64,000 bases of DNA, taken from positions 2,264 through 66,263 of the forward strand of contig LKUE01000319.1 of assembly GCA_001412365.1 (NCBI GenBank), in the 5' to 3' direction. Below the pieces are notes generated by a model, which saw nothing but the letters and a program-made list of their open reading frames with translations, was not told the origin of the DNA and did not search any database. Position 1 is the stretch's first letter, and the number at the start of each line of letters is the position of its first letter. A program made the position numbers and the translations under genes. Origin of the DNA: Desulfuromonas sp. SDB. GTDB taxonomy: Bacteria > SDB-A. This document shows, one piece after another, positions 46,616 to 55,657 of this stretch.

Positions 46616-47337
46616 AAGCGATGATTTTAGCTGCGGGTAAAGGAACTCGCCTGATGCCCCTTACCGAGTTCATCCCCAAAGCCTTGGTTAAAATTGGGGA
46701 TAAACCAATGTTGGAATTAGTTATTAAAAGGCTAATTTACTACGGATTTAATGAAATTATCATCAATGTCCATCAGTATTCTGATCAAATTAAAGAATTT
46801 ATAGATAGAAACAACCGTTTTGATATTGAAATTGCCATTTCTGAAGAAAGTCAGAAATTATTGGGAACGGGAGGAGGAATAAAGCAAGCTTCCTGGTTTT
46901 TCAATGACCATCAGCCATTCATGGTTCACAATGTAGATGTTTTTTCCAATATCAATTTGAATAAATTATTTCAAGACCATTTAAACCATCAATGCCTTGC
47001 CACCTTGGCGGTTAAGAAAAGAACCACCAAGACCGGGAGATATTTAATAGCAGATGATGAAAATTACCTCTGCGGTTGGAAAAATATTAAAACCTGTCAG
47101 GAAAAGATTCCCCGCAAGCCCCGTTCAATTTATCAGGAATTAGCGTTCAGCGGTATTCAAGTTATTGATCCGAAAATTTTCAGCCTGATGGATACCGGTA
47201 AGTTTTCAATTTTAGATACTTATCTTTCCCTGTGCAAAGATTATGACCTCAGGGTTTATAATCACCGGAATTCTTTCTGGATGGATTTAGGTACACCTGA
47301 CAGTATCACCCGGGCAGAAAAATTTCTGGCGGGATGA
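46612..47337 (+). CDS. sugar-1-phosphate nucleotidyltransferase (MurU / mannose-1-P guanylyltransferase-like)
   Basis: MILAAGKGTRLMPLT...PKALV NTP-transferase N-terminus; 241 aa; ATGA overlap with the upstream kinase gene. Confidence 0.7.
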   Translation: MKAMILAAGKGTRLMPLTEFIPKALVKIGDKPMLELVIKRLIYYGFNEIIINVHQYSDQIKEFIDRNNRFDIEIAISEESQKLLGTGGGIKQASWFFNDHQPFMVHNVDVFSNINLNKLFQDHLNHQCLATLAVKKRTTKTGRYLIADDENYLCGWKNIKTCQEKIPRKPRSIYQELAFSGIQVIDPKIFSLMDTGKFSILDTYLSLCKDYDLRVYNHRNSFWMDLGTPDSITRAEKFLAG

Positions 47338-48723
47338 TCATTTCTGTTTAAACTGTTGATCTAAATTAACCACTGCTTGAGCGATGATGTTGGTTAATTT
47401 GATTAAATTTTCAATTTTAATGAATTCATTTTTTTGATGAGCTAGCTTGGGCTGTCCGGGAAAGGATGAACCAAAAGCCACCGTGTTTTTAAATGCCCTG
47501 GCATAAGTTCCTCCTCCAATTGCTAAAGGAGGAGAATGGTCACCGGTTATTTCCCGGTAAGTGTTCAATAAACTTTTAACTAAAACTGAATCCCGGTCAA
47601 CATGCAGTCCGGGCACTCCTCTTTGAATTGTTGCGTTGAAACCGGAAGGAAGGCGGGAATTAATTTCAGATAAAATAATAGAGGGATCAATCCCCACCGG
47701 AGAACGAATATCCAGTTCAATTTGATAATGGGGGGGGGTGAATTTCAGTATGCCGGGGTTAATAGTTAATTTGCCTGAGAAATTTTCATGAGCTATATTG
47801 AGTTTCTTTCCCCCAGGGTCATTGGCTAGAAAATTTTGGTAAAATTCTATAATCTGATATCCGGGATCCTGGTGATCAATTAAATTAATAAGAATTTCAT
47901 TCAGTTTAGTAATGGCATTCACCCCTTCTTCAGGAGTACTGCCGTGGGCAGATTTTCCTCTTGTTGATATTTTAATTTCATTTTTGTCCAGGCAAATATC
48001 AACTTCATTTTTTTGAAGGGCTTTAATATTATTTATCTTTTCCACCAGGGATGATTGTTTTACTAAAGCTGCTTGAGCCTGATCAGGGACCATATTAACT
48101 GCAGCTCCTCCCTGCATGCTGAGTAACAAAGAGGAATCAGTTTCACTTTGAATAAGGATTCGGATAATTTCTTTTTCTGCATAAATTAAAGGGAATTGAG
48201 CATCAGGAGTTATTCCATAGTCCGGTAATTGATCATGTTCACGGTAATAGTCAACTCCTCCCCAACCTAATTCTTCATTGGTACCGAATATTATCCTCAG
48301 CCTGCCGTTAACCTTGATAGAAGAGTGCTTGATTGCAGCTAAAGCATGTATGGAGGCAATGGCAGGACCTTTGTCATCTTCGGTTCCTCTTCCATATATT
48401 TTGTCCCCTACCAGCTTGCCCTCAAAGGGAGGATAGTCCCAGTTTTCACCGGCAGGAACCACATCAAGATGAACTAAAATTACTCCTAAAGGTTTTCCCT
48501 GGCCAATTTCCGCCCATCCGTAATAGCCCTTATTAATAAAAGTATTTAATCCCAGCTGTTTGGAAATCTGAATAGCCAGTTGTAAACAGCGCTGAATATC
48601 TTTCCCAAAGGGGGCTTCCTCACTGGATTCTCCATTGACGCTGGGAACTTTAATTATATCAACTAAATGATTTACAATTTGCTGCTGATTACGGTTAATA
48701 TAATCATTTATCTCATTGTTCAT
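47338..48723 (-). CDS. M20-family dipeptidase (PepV/Sapep-like)
   Basis: RGTEDDKGPAIASIHAL and HLDVVPAG metal-binding motifs; ~460 aa. Confidence 0.75.
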   Translation of the reverse strand: MNNEINDYINRNQQQIVNHLVDIIKVPSVNGESSEEAPFGKDIQRCLQLAIQISKQLGLNTFINKGYYGWAEIGQGKPLGVILVHLDVVPAGENWDYPPFEGKLVGDKIYGRGTEDDKGPAIASIHALAAIKHSSIKVNGRLRIIFGTNEELGWGGVDYYREHDQLPDYGITPDAQFPLIYAEKEIIRILIQSETDSSLLLSMQGGAAVNMVPDQAQAALVKQSSLVEKINNIKALQKNEVDICLDKNEIKISTRGKSAHGSTPEEGVNAITKLNEILINLIDHQDPGYQIIEFYQNFLANDPGGKKLNIAHENFSGKLTINPGILKFTPPHYQIELDIRSPVGIDPSIILSEINSRLPSGFNATIQRGVPGLHVDRDSVLVKSLLNTYREITGDHSPPLAIGGGTYARAFKNTVAFGSSFPGQPKLAHQKNEFIKIENLIKLTNIIAQAVVNLDQQFKQK

Positions 48724-48760
48724 CTCTTTCCCCTGTTAATGAAGTTACTGATTTTTTGAA

Positions 48761-50278
48761 TTAGTCTTTAACCGGAAGTACTCCACCTTCCCAGTTTGAA
48801 ATTTCCTGATTATCATTAATACTCCAGATTTTCAAATCATCCCCGTACATAGTTGAATCTTCCACCACTTCAATGGATAAGTTATCGGTTCGGGACAGCT
48901 TATGGAAAAAACCATCCAGATGGTAGGAAATAAAATTTGCTAATTCTTTACTGCACCTGATTTGGATGGATTTGTTCTGTATTTTATTGGAAATAGATCT
49001 TAACCACCGTTGCAGAGAGCTGGTGATAAAATGCTCGGCAAATAAAAATCCTGAAGATTGACAATAGGGACATTTTCTCTGAAGGCTTTTCAATATGGAC
49101 GGACCGGTTCGTTTTCTTGTCATCTCCAGGAGACCAAAATCAGAGATGGGGGAGGTTATGTAACTGGCTTTATCCTTAGCTAACTGGCGGTCTAATTCCG
49201 CCTTCACTGCTTTTTTATGGTCATACTGCTGCATATCAATGAAATCAATGACAATTAATCCTCCCGTATTTCTTAACCTTAACTGACGGGCAATTTCCCT
49301 GGCTGCGGCAATATTAGTGTTGTAAGCCATATCTTCGGGACTTAAATTAGAAGGCGATTTTCCGCTGTTTACATCAATGGAAATAAGTGCTTCAGTTTCT
49401 TCGATGATAATATATGCTCCTGAGGATAATTCAACGTAGGGTGAAAACAACTTGGCGATTTCATCTTCAATTCCATAGTATTCAAATAAAGGAATCTCTT
49501 CCCGGTGATAGGTAATTTTATCTTTTAACTGTTTTGATCCTGATCGGGTTTTCAGATAGCTTAGTATTTTCCGGTAAATCTCTTTGCTGTCAGTTACCAC
49601 CTCATCTATGGTGCTGTTAAATAAATCACGGATAATTTTTATTACCGGTTCTTCTTCTTTGTGCAGAAGATAAGGCGCAGAATGATTTTTTGCCGCCTTT
49701 TCCATTTCCTTCCAGGAGGATTTTAAATCTTTAAGATCTTCGGCAATTTCCATTTCAGTTCTGAATTTTGATTCAGTTCTGAGGATCAGACCGAATTTTT
49801 CATTTTGAAGCTTGTTGCCAATTTTCTTTAACCGTTTTTTTTCATTTCTATCTTTAATTTTTTTGGAAATGCCGATAAATTTTCTCCCCGGCATCAATAC
49901 CAGGTATCTTCCGGGAATGGAAATAAAGGAAGTTGCCCGGGGACCCTTTTTCCCTAAAGGAGATTTAGTTATCTGGATGAAAATTTCCTGTCCTGATTCC
50001 AATTTGAGTTTACCGCTGTCAACATTTTTTTCAAAGTCCGCGTATTTGCTGATCATTTCGGTTAAAGGCAGAAAAGCTGCTTTTTCAAGTCCTATGTCCA
50101 CGAAAGCGGCATTCAATCCTGAACTGACCTGGGTCACCACCCCTTTATAAATATCTCCCACTACTTTTTTGTCATCAATTCTTTCTACATTAATTTCCAC
50201 TAGTTTTCCGCTTTCGATAACTGCGATTCTTAACTCTTGACCAGTGGAATTGATGTAAATTCCATTATTTTTATTCAT
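48761..50278 (-). CDS. rng: ribonuclease G (RNase E/G family)
   Basis: N-terminal S1 domain, then the RNase E/G catalytic domain (GGLIVIDFIDM, Zn-link-like CPYCQSSG). Confidence 0.88.
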   Translation of the reverse strand: MNKNNGIYINSTGQELRIAVIESGKLVEINVERIDDKKVVGDIYKGVVTQVSSGLNAAFVDIGLEKAAFLPLTEMISKYADFEKNVDSGKLKLESGQEIFIQITKSPLGKKGPRATSFISIPGRYLVLMPGRKFIGISKKIKDRNEKKRLKKIGNKLQNEKFGLILRTESKFRTEMEIAEDLKDLKSSWKEMEKAAKNHSAPYLLHKEEEPVIKIIRDLFNSTIDEVVTDSKEIYRKILSYLKTRSGSKQLKDKITYHREEIPLFEYYGIEDEIAKLFSPYVELSSGAYIIIEETEALISIDVNSGKSPSNLSPEDMAYNTNIAAAREIARQLRLRNTGGLIVIDFIDMQQYDHKKAVKAELDRQLAKDKASYITSPISDFGLLEMTRKRTGPSILKSLQRKCPYCQSSGFLFAEHFITSSLQRWLRSISNKIQNKSIQIRCSKELANFISYHLDGFFHKLSRTDNLSIEVVEDSTMYGDDLKIWSINDNQEISNWEGGVLPVKD

Positions 50279-50279
50279 T

Positions 50280-52565
50280 TTACTCCATGATAATTTTCAA
50301 ACGTTCAATCTTTGAAGCGGGATCAAGAGCAAATATCTCCTCGACTTCGGATATTCGCAAAGACCCGCTAGAGGTGAACTTAATGTTTATTATAAAACTA
50401 TTTTGTTTGTTTTCTGCATTGATTATAAATTTTCGTGCATTAATAGTTTTAATTTTATTCTTTGTTTTTCGATTAATTAATATTATCTGCTGATTTAATA
50501 TTTTATCAATAATTTTAGATTTTACATCCACAAAATTATACACCAAACCAGTTACCCGGGAAGTAATTGGTTTAGATCCTTGAGTTCCCCGTTCACAGGA
50601 TACCACCTCTAATCCTGGTGGCAACTGCGGGGATATTCTCTGTTCAATTTGTTCAACTGGATATTGATTTGATCTGAATTCCATTATTTCACAGCGGGAA
50701 ATCACCTTAAATGGAAGGGGAGGGCTGAAATTTACTTTAGGCCGGGGTCTTTTTCCCTTGGTCATTTCCAGGGGCAAGCGAGCTCTCCGGAATGCTCTCA
50801 GCAACGCTCTTATTGTATCTAGATGGGAAAGATAGATAAGCTGTTCGGTTTTGGAATAATTGAGGAGGTAAGTGTGGCCAGTATTGATTTCAGGAGGGGA
50901 GGTAAATATATTGGTTGAAGTAGAAGTTGAAGGATCAACCGCAGGTGAACAACCACTGTTAGAAAAAATTATTTCAGTCCACGGTTGATGGTTTTGTCGG
51001 TTTTTAAGCTGTTTGTCTATATCTATATCCTGTTTTTGCATAGCCTGCTTCCACCGGGGGTAGTCAAAATATTCATCCCACTGGTCAAACCTTGAACCTT
51101 GCTTGAAAACTTCAACCGCTGCTTTGGACATGCGCTCATCTCCCCGGGCTAAAATACCTTCAACAATGGCTAAGTGTGGATTCCGGGCGCTGATGGCAAC
51201 AGGTTCCGGAGCCAGTAATTTTTTTACCTGATGATATTTAGTCATTATCTCAGAGTAGGTGGCTTGAGGTTGATGCTGAAAAGGGGTGTAGGGGCGGGGG
51301 ACGAAAGGGGATAGGGAAACTTTCACCCGGGTAGATCCGAGGTGAGGTTTTAATTTTTTTATCAAACCGGGTATTGCTTTTATATCTTCCTCAGTCTCCT
51401 GGGGTAATCCCAGCATAAAGTAAAATTTTATCCGATTGAAGTTATGTTTGACCGCCAATTTCACTGAGTTAATAATCTGTTGATCGGTTATGGGTTTTCC
51501 AATAATTTTTCTCAACCCTTCAGTCCCTGCTTCCGGAGCCAGGGTAAGAGTTCGATGACCGAACCTTCCGGCAATAGCCAGAGTGGTCTCTGATATCTGA
51601 TCTACTCTCAATGAAGGCAGAGAGAGATTTACTTGTTCCGCTTTTAAAACCGGTTCTAAATCAATTAAAATTTCTTCAAGTTGGGGATGGTCACATACAG
51701 ATAAACTTAACAAAGAGACTTCTTCCCATCCAGTTTGGCAAAGTCCCTGATTAATTATTTCAATTATTTGCTGTTTGCTGCGGTAACGCACATTTCTGGT
51801 AATTGATCCGGATTGACAGAATTTACAGTTCCGGAAACATCCCCGGGAAATCTCCACCGCTAAACGATCCTGGGTAATCTGGATAAAAGGAAGGATTGGA
51901 GGTAGGGGATAATCTGAATACTTTAATTTTTCAGCATATTGATAGGAAAGGGGTAAACCTGATCTACCCCGGACATATATCCCCTCTATCTTACTCAACT
52001 GCTCAATAGCTTGATCGCGGTTAATTTGTTTTAGATGATAATTTCTTACTATTTTAGCCAGGGGAAGTAAAACAGGTTCAGCTTCTCCAATTACCAGTGC
52101 ATCAAAAAACAAATTCCACAGATTGAAATTTAAAGCAGAGGCGCCTCCTCCTATAACCAGTGGATCATGGCTATTTCGCTGTTGGGAATACAGGGGGATG
52201 TCGGATAGGGAAAGGATGTTTAAAACATTGGTAATATTTAACTCACATTCCAATGAAATTCCCAACATGGCGAAGGCATTTACGGGGTATTTTGACTCCA
52301 GAGAAAACAGGCGCATCTTTTTGCGGATCAGTAATTTTTCCAAATCAGAGCAAGGAGCGTACACCCTGTCTACATTATAACCATGGGTAATTAATATGTG
52401 ACGGATTATATGCAGTCCTAAATTGGACATCCCATTTTCGTAAAGGTCTGGATAGCATAGTACTATTTCCGGACACTGAGGAGGATGGCTATGCAATTCA
52501 TGATTGGTGTATCTGGAAGGATTCTGTACCTGATCAAGGATTGATTTCAAATCATCCATTACCAC
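50280..52565 (-). CDS. B12-binding-domain radical SAM protein fused to a DUF2344 (TIGR03960 + TIGR03936-like) module
   Basis: CFRNCKFCQSG radical-SAM CxxxCxxC; N-terminal cobalamin-binding-like domain; C-terminal HLDTIRALLRAFRRARLPL DUF2344 motif; 761 aa. Confidence 0.65.
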   Translation of the reverse strand: MVMDDLKSILDQVQNPSRYTNHELHSHPPQCPEIVLCYPDLYENGMSNLGLHIIRHILITHGYNVDRVYAPCSDLEKLLIRKKMRLFSLESKYPVNAFAMLGISLECELNITNVLNILSLSDIPLYSQQRNSHDPLVIGGGASALNFNLWNLFFDALVIGEAEPVLLPLAKIVRNYHLKQINRDQAIEQLSKIEGIYVRGRSGLPLSYQYAEKLKYSDYPLPPILPFIQITQDRLAVEISRGCFRNCKFCQSGSITRNVRYRSKQQIIEIINQGLCQTGWEEVSLLSLSVCDHPQLEEILIDLEPVLKAEQVNLSLPSLRVDQISETTLAIAGRFGHRTLTLAPEAGTEGLRKIIGKPITDQQIINSVKLAVKHNFNRIKFYFMLGLPQETEEDIKAIPGLIKKLKPHLGSTRVKVSLSPFVPRPYTPFQHQPQATYSEIMTKYHQVKKLLAPEPVAISARNPHLAIVEGILARGDERMSKAAVEVFKQGSRFDQWDEYFDYPRWKQAMQKQDIDIDKQLKNRQNHQPWTEIIFSNSGCSPAVDPSTSTSTNIFTSPPEINTGHTYLLNYSKTEQLIYLSHLDTIRALLRAFRRARLPLEMTKGKRPRPKVNFSPPLPFKVISRCEIMEFRSNQYPVEQIEQRISPQLPPGLEVVSCERGTQGSKPITSRVTGLVYNFVDVKSKIIDKILNQQIILINRKTKNKIKTINARKFIINAENKQNSFIINIKFTSSGSLRISEVEEIFALDPASKIERLKIIME

Positions 52566-53542
52566 CTGATAACTGCTGCCGCCCAGGTAAGTCCTCCTCC
52601 AAAAGCATCCAGCAATAGTATACTGCCTGGTTTAAGAGTCCCGTCTTTTACTGCGTCATCCATGGCAATGGGAACTGTGGCTGCAGACATATTTCCGTAC
52701 TTGTCTACAGTAATATAAACTTTTTCCAGGGCTACTTTTGCCCGTTTGGCAGTTGACTGCATGATGCGGAGATTAGCTTGATGAGGAATGAAAACATCTA
52801 CATCTTTGCCGGTTAATCCGGCAGCATTTAATGCATCTACTGCCGCTTGTCCCATTTTGGACACCGCATGTTTGTAAGTTTCATTTCCCAGCATCTGAAT
52901 AGTATGCATTCTTTTATCAACAGTTTCATGACTGGCAGGATTACGGGATCCTCCTCCGGGCTGGATTAACAACTTGCCCAAAGAGCCATCGGAGTGCCAG
53001 TTAAATGACAGAATACCCCGCTGGGGATCTTCAGATGGTCCCAGGATGGCGCAACCGGCACCATCACCGAACAGTACCGCAGAAGAACGGTCTTGGACAT
53101 CGGTGATTTTGGAAAGACATTCCGCCCCGAAAACCATGATATATTTATATCTGCCGCTTCCGATTAAATTTCTGGCTATCTCTAAACCGTATAAAAAACC
53201 TGTACATGCTGCGGCAATGTCGAAAGCTGGAATAGTCCTCATGTTCATCCGATGCTGTATAATACAGGAAGTGGAGGGAAACGCATGGTCAGGGGTTATG
53301 GTGGCAGTAATCAATACGTCAATATCATCAGGATTTAATTTTGCTGCTGCCAGCGCTCTTTTACCTGCCTCTACGCAGAGATCAGAAGTTGCCTGTTCAG
53401 CAGTAGTCCATTTTCTTTCTTTTATGCCAGTTCGAGTGGTAATCCATTCATCGGAGGTATCCAGTCTCTTTTCCCAATCCTGATTGGTGATAACTTTTTC
53501 CGGCAAATAGGAACCGGTCCCGATAATTCGACTATTAATCAT
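52559..53542 (-). CDS. fabH: 3-oxoacyl-ACP synthase III
   Basis: IIGTGSYLPEKVITNQD...TGIKERK N-terminus, active-site AAACTGF, C-terminal GGGLTW. Confidence 0.92.
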   Translation of the reverse strand: MINSRIIGTGSYLPEKVITNQDWEKRLDTSDEWITTRTGIKERKWTTAEQATSDLCVEAGKRALAAAKLNPDDIDVLITATITPDHAFPSTSCIIQHRMNMRTIPAFDIAAACTGFLYGLEIARNLIGSGRYKYIMVFGAECLSKITDVQDRSSAVLFGDGAGCAILGPSEDPQRGILSFNWHSDGSLGKLLIQPGGGSRNPASHETVDKRMHTIQMLGNETYKHAVSKMGQAAVDALNAAGLTGKDVDVFIPHQANLRIMQSTAKRAKVALEKVYITVDKYGNMSAATVPIAMDDAVKDGTLKPGSILLLDAFGGGLTWAAAVIRW

Positions 53543-54467
53543 TGCCTAGCTCCAATCTTTTTGCGGATACGTAGACAGCTAAAGCTATGGAGTAATATTT
53601 TATTTCTTCACTGTCCGTTCTTGAAACCAGTACTCCCGGACACTGAGCTCCGGTAATGATGGCGGCTATTTTTGCTTTACCCAGATGAATCATGCTTTTA
53701 TAAAAAATATTCCCAGCTTCAATATTGGGAAATATCAATATATCCGCTTGAGCTTCAACCGGGGATTTTATTTTTTTTCCGGCCAGGCATTTTGGATTTA
53801 TAGCGATGTCCATAGCTAAAGGTCCGTCTACAATGCAGTTCTTTATTTGATCCCGTTCCGCCATCTTGGAGAGTAAAGCAGCGTCCACGGTGGATTGCAT
53901 TTTTTCTTTTACTTTTTCAGTTGCGGACAATATAGCCACTTTGGGGGTTTTTATTCCCATCAAATTAGCCATCTCCGTGGCATAGGAGATCATCAGCGCT
54001 TTTTGATTAAGGTCGGGCTGGGGGATTATGGCAACATCCGAGGCAAAAAGAAGTTTAGGATATGATTCAACTTCCACAATAGTGACATGGGACATAATGG
54101 ATTTTGATTTCATCAGACCGGATTCTTTATCTAAAATAGCTCTGGCGTAGTCGTCAGTTCCCACAAATCCTTTCATAATTAGTTGAGCCTCACCCTCTTT
54201 AATCAGTTTTACCGCAGTTCGGGCTGCTTGAGAGCGGCCGGTCTCATCTACATATTCAAACAGGGAATGATCAATATTTAAGCTTTTAGCTAATTCAATG
54301 GTAGCTTTTTTATTGCCCACCATAATTGGTTGAACGATGTTATCTTTACAGGCTTTCTCGATAGCTTCAATGGTATCAGGATCATCTCCGCAAACTACCG
54401 CTACTTTTTGCAGAGGCATTGCTATAGCTTGGTTGGCAATTTCCTGTAAAGTTTTAATTTCTGCCAT
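53535..54467 (-). CDS. ptb: phosphate butyryltransferase (PTA_PTB family)
   Basis: By-eye alignment to C. acetobutylicum Ptb (TVDAALLSKMAERDQIKNCIVDGPLAMDIA against TLDAAMLSKMSDRGQIKGCVVDGPLALDIA); ~300 aa. Confidence 0.75.
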   Translation of the reverse strand: MAEIKTLQEIANQAIAMPLQKVAVVCGDDPDTIEAIEKACKDNIVQPIMVGNKKATIELAKSLNIDHSLFEYVDETGRSQAARTAVKLIKEGEAQLIMKGFVGTDDYARAILDKESGLMKSKSIMSHVTIVEVESYPKLLFASDVAIIPQPDLNQKALMISYATEMANLMGIKTPKVAILSATEKVKEKMQSTVDAALLSKMAERDQIKNCIVDGPLAMDIAINPKCLAGKKIKSPVEAQADILIFPNIEAGNIFYKSMIHLGKAKIAAIITGAQCPGVLVSRTDSEEIKYYSIALAVYVSAKRLELGND

Positions 54468-54478
54468 CTATAACCTCC

Positions 54479-55657
54479 TTACTTTTTGGAATGGGCAGCC
54501 ATCTCATGGATGATTTTAGTCATTATTATGGACCTCTGAATTTGATTGGTTCCTTCGTATATTTGAGTGATTTTTGCATCTCTCATCATTTTTTCCACCG
54601 GATAGTCCCGCATATAACCATATCCACCCAGTATCTGGACCGCATCAGTGGCTACAGACATGGCGACATCACTTGCATATACCTTAGACATGGCTGATAT
54701 TTTTCCAATATCTTTTGCTCCTGAATCAATGTACTTCGCAGCAGTGTAGGTCAAAGCCCGGGCTGCTTCTATGGAGGTTTCCATATCCGCCAGCATGAAC
54801 CCTATACCCTGAAAGGAGATAATGGGTTGATTGAACTGAATTCGGGTGGAGGCGTATTCAGCAGCAGCTTCATAAGCTCCCTGGGCGATGCCTAAAGCTT
54901 GAGCCGCGACTCCCGGTCTGGACCGGTCAAAGGTTTCCATGGCAATTCTAAATCCTCTTCCTGCTGAGCCTAAGATATTATCCTGGGGAATTTTACAGTC
55001 ATCGAAAATTAATTCTGAAGTAACTGAAGCTCTGATCCCCATTTTATCTTCTTCTTTGCCGAAACTGAATCCTTCCATCCCCTTTTCCACAATTAAGGCA
55101 GTAAGTCCCCTGATCCCTTTTTTGGGATTAGTGGAGACAAATACAACATAAATATCTGCTTCTCCCCCCGAGGTAATAAATTGTTTAGAACCATTAACAA
55201 TGTAATGATCTTTGTCTAATACTGCCCGGGTCTTGATATTGGAGGAATCACTCCCTGCTTCAGCTTCAGTGATAGCAAAGGCGGCAAGCTTTTCTCCACT
55301 GGCGATGAGGGGGAGATATTTTTTCTTCTGCTGTTCATTTCCGAATAGTAATATGGGTATGGCTCCTAAGCCGCTGGCGGCATAGCAAATTGCTACTCCA
55401 CCGCAAATCCTGGATAATTCTTCGGTAACCAAAGCCAGCTCAGTTATTCCTCCACCCAGTCCTTCATATTGTTCAGGGATGAATACTCTAAATAAATCCG
55501 ATCGGGCGATTTCTTCTAAAATTTCCCGGGGAAATATTCCTTCCCGGTCATATTCAGCTCTAACCGGCAATATTTTTTCCTCGGCAATTTTTCTGCTTAA
55601 CTCCTTAATTTCCATCTGATCTTCATTAAAGTAAATATCATTTGGAGAATACATCAT
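54479..55657 (-). CDS. short-chain acyl-CoA dehydrogenase (butyryl-CoA dehydrogenase-like)
   Basis: ACAD motifs (AFAITEAEAGSD, catalytic-region YEGTNQIQR); 392 aa. Confidence 0.85.
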   Translation of the reverse strand: MMYSPNDIYFNEDQMEIKELSRKIAEEKILPVRAEYDREGIFPREILEEIARSDLFRVFIPEQYEGLGGGITELALVTEELSRICGGVAICYAASGLGAIPILLFGNEQQKKKYLPLIASGEKLAAFAITEAEAGSDSSNIKTRAVLDKDHYIVNGSKQFITSGGEADIYVVFVSTNPKKGIRGLTALIVEKGMEGFSFGKEEDKMGIRASVTSELIFDDCKIPQDNILGSAGRGFRIAMETFDRSRPGVAAQALGIAQGAYEAAAEYASTRIQFNQPIISFQGIGFMLADMETSIEAARALTYTAAKYIDSGAKDIGKISAMSKVYASDVAMSVATDAVQILGGYGYMRDYPVEKMMRDAKITQIYEGTNQIQRSIIMTKIIHEMAAHSKK

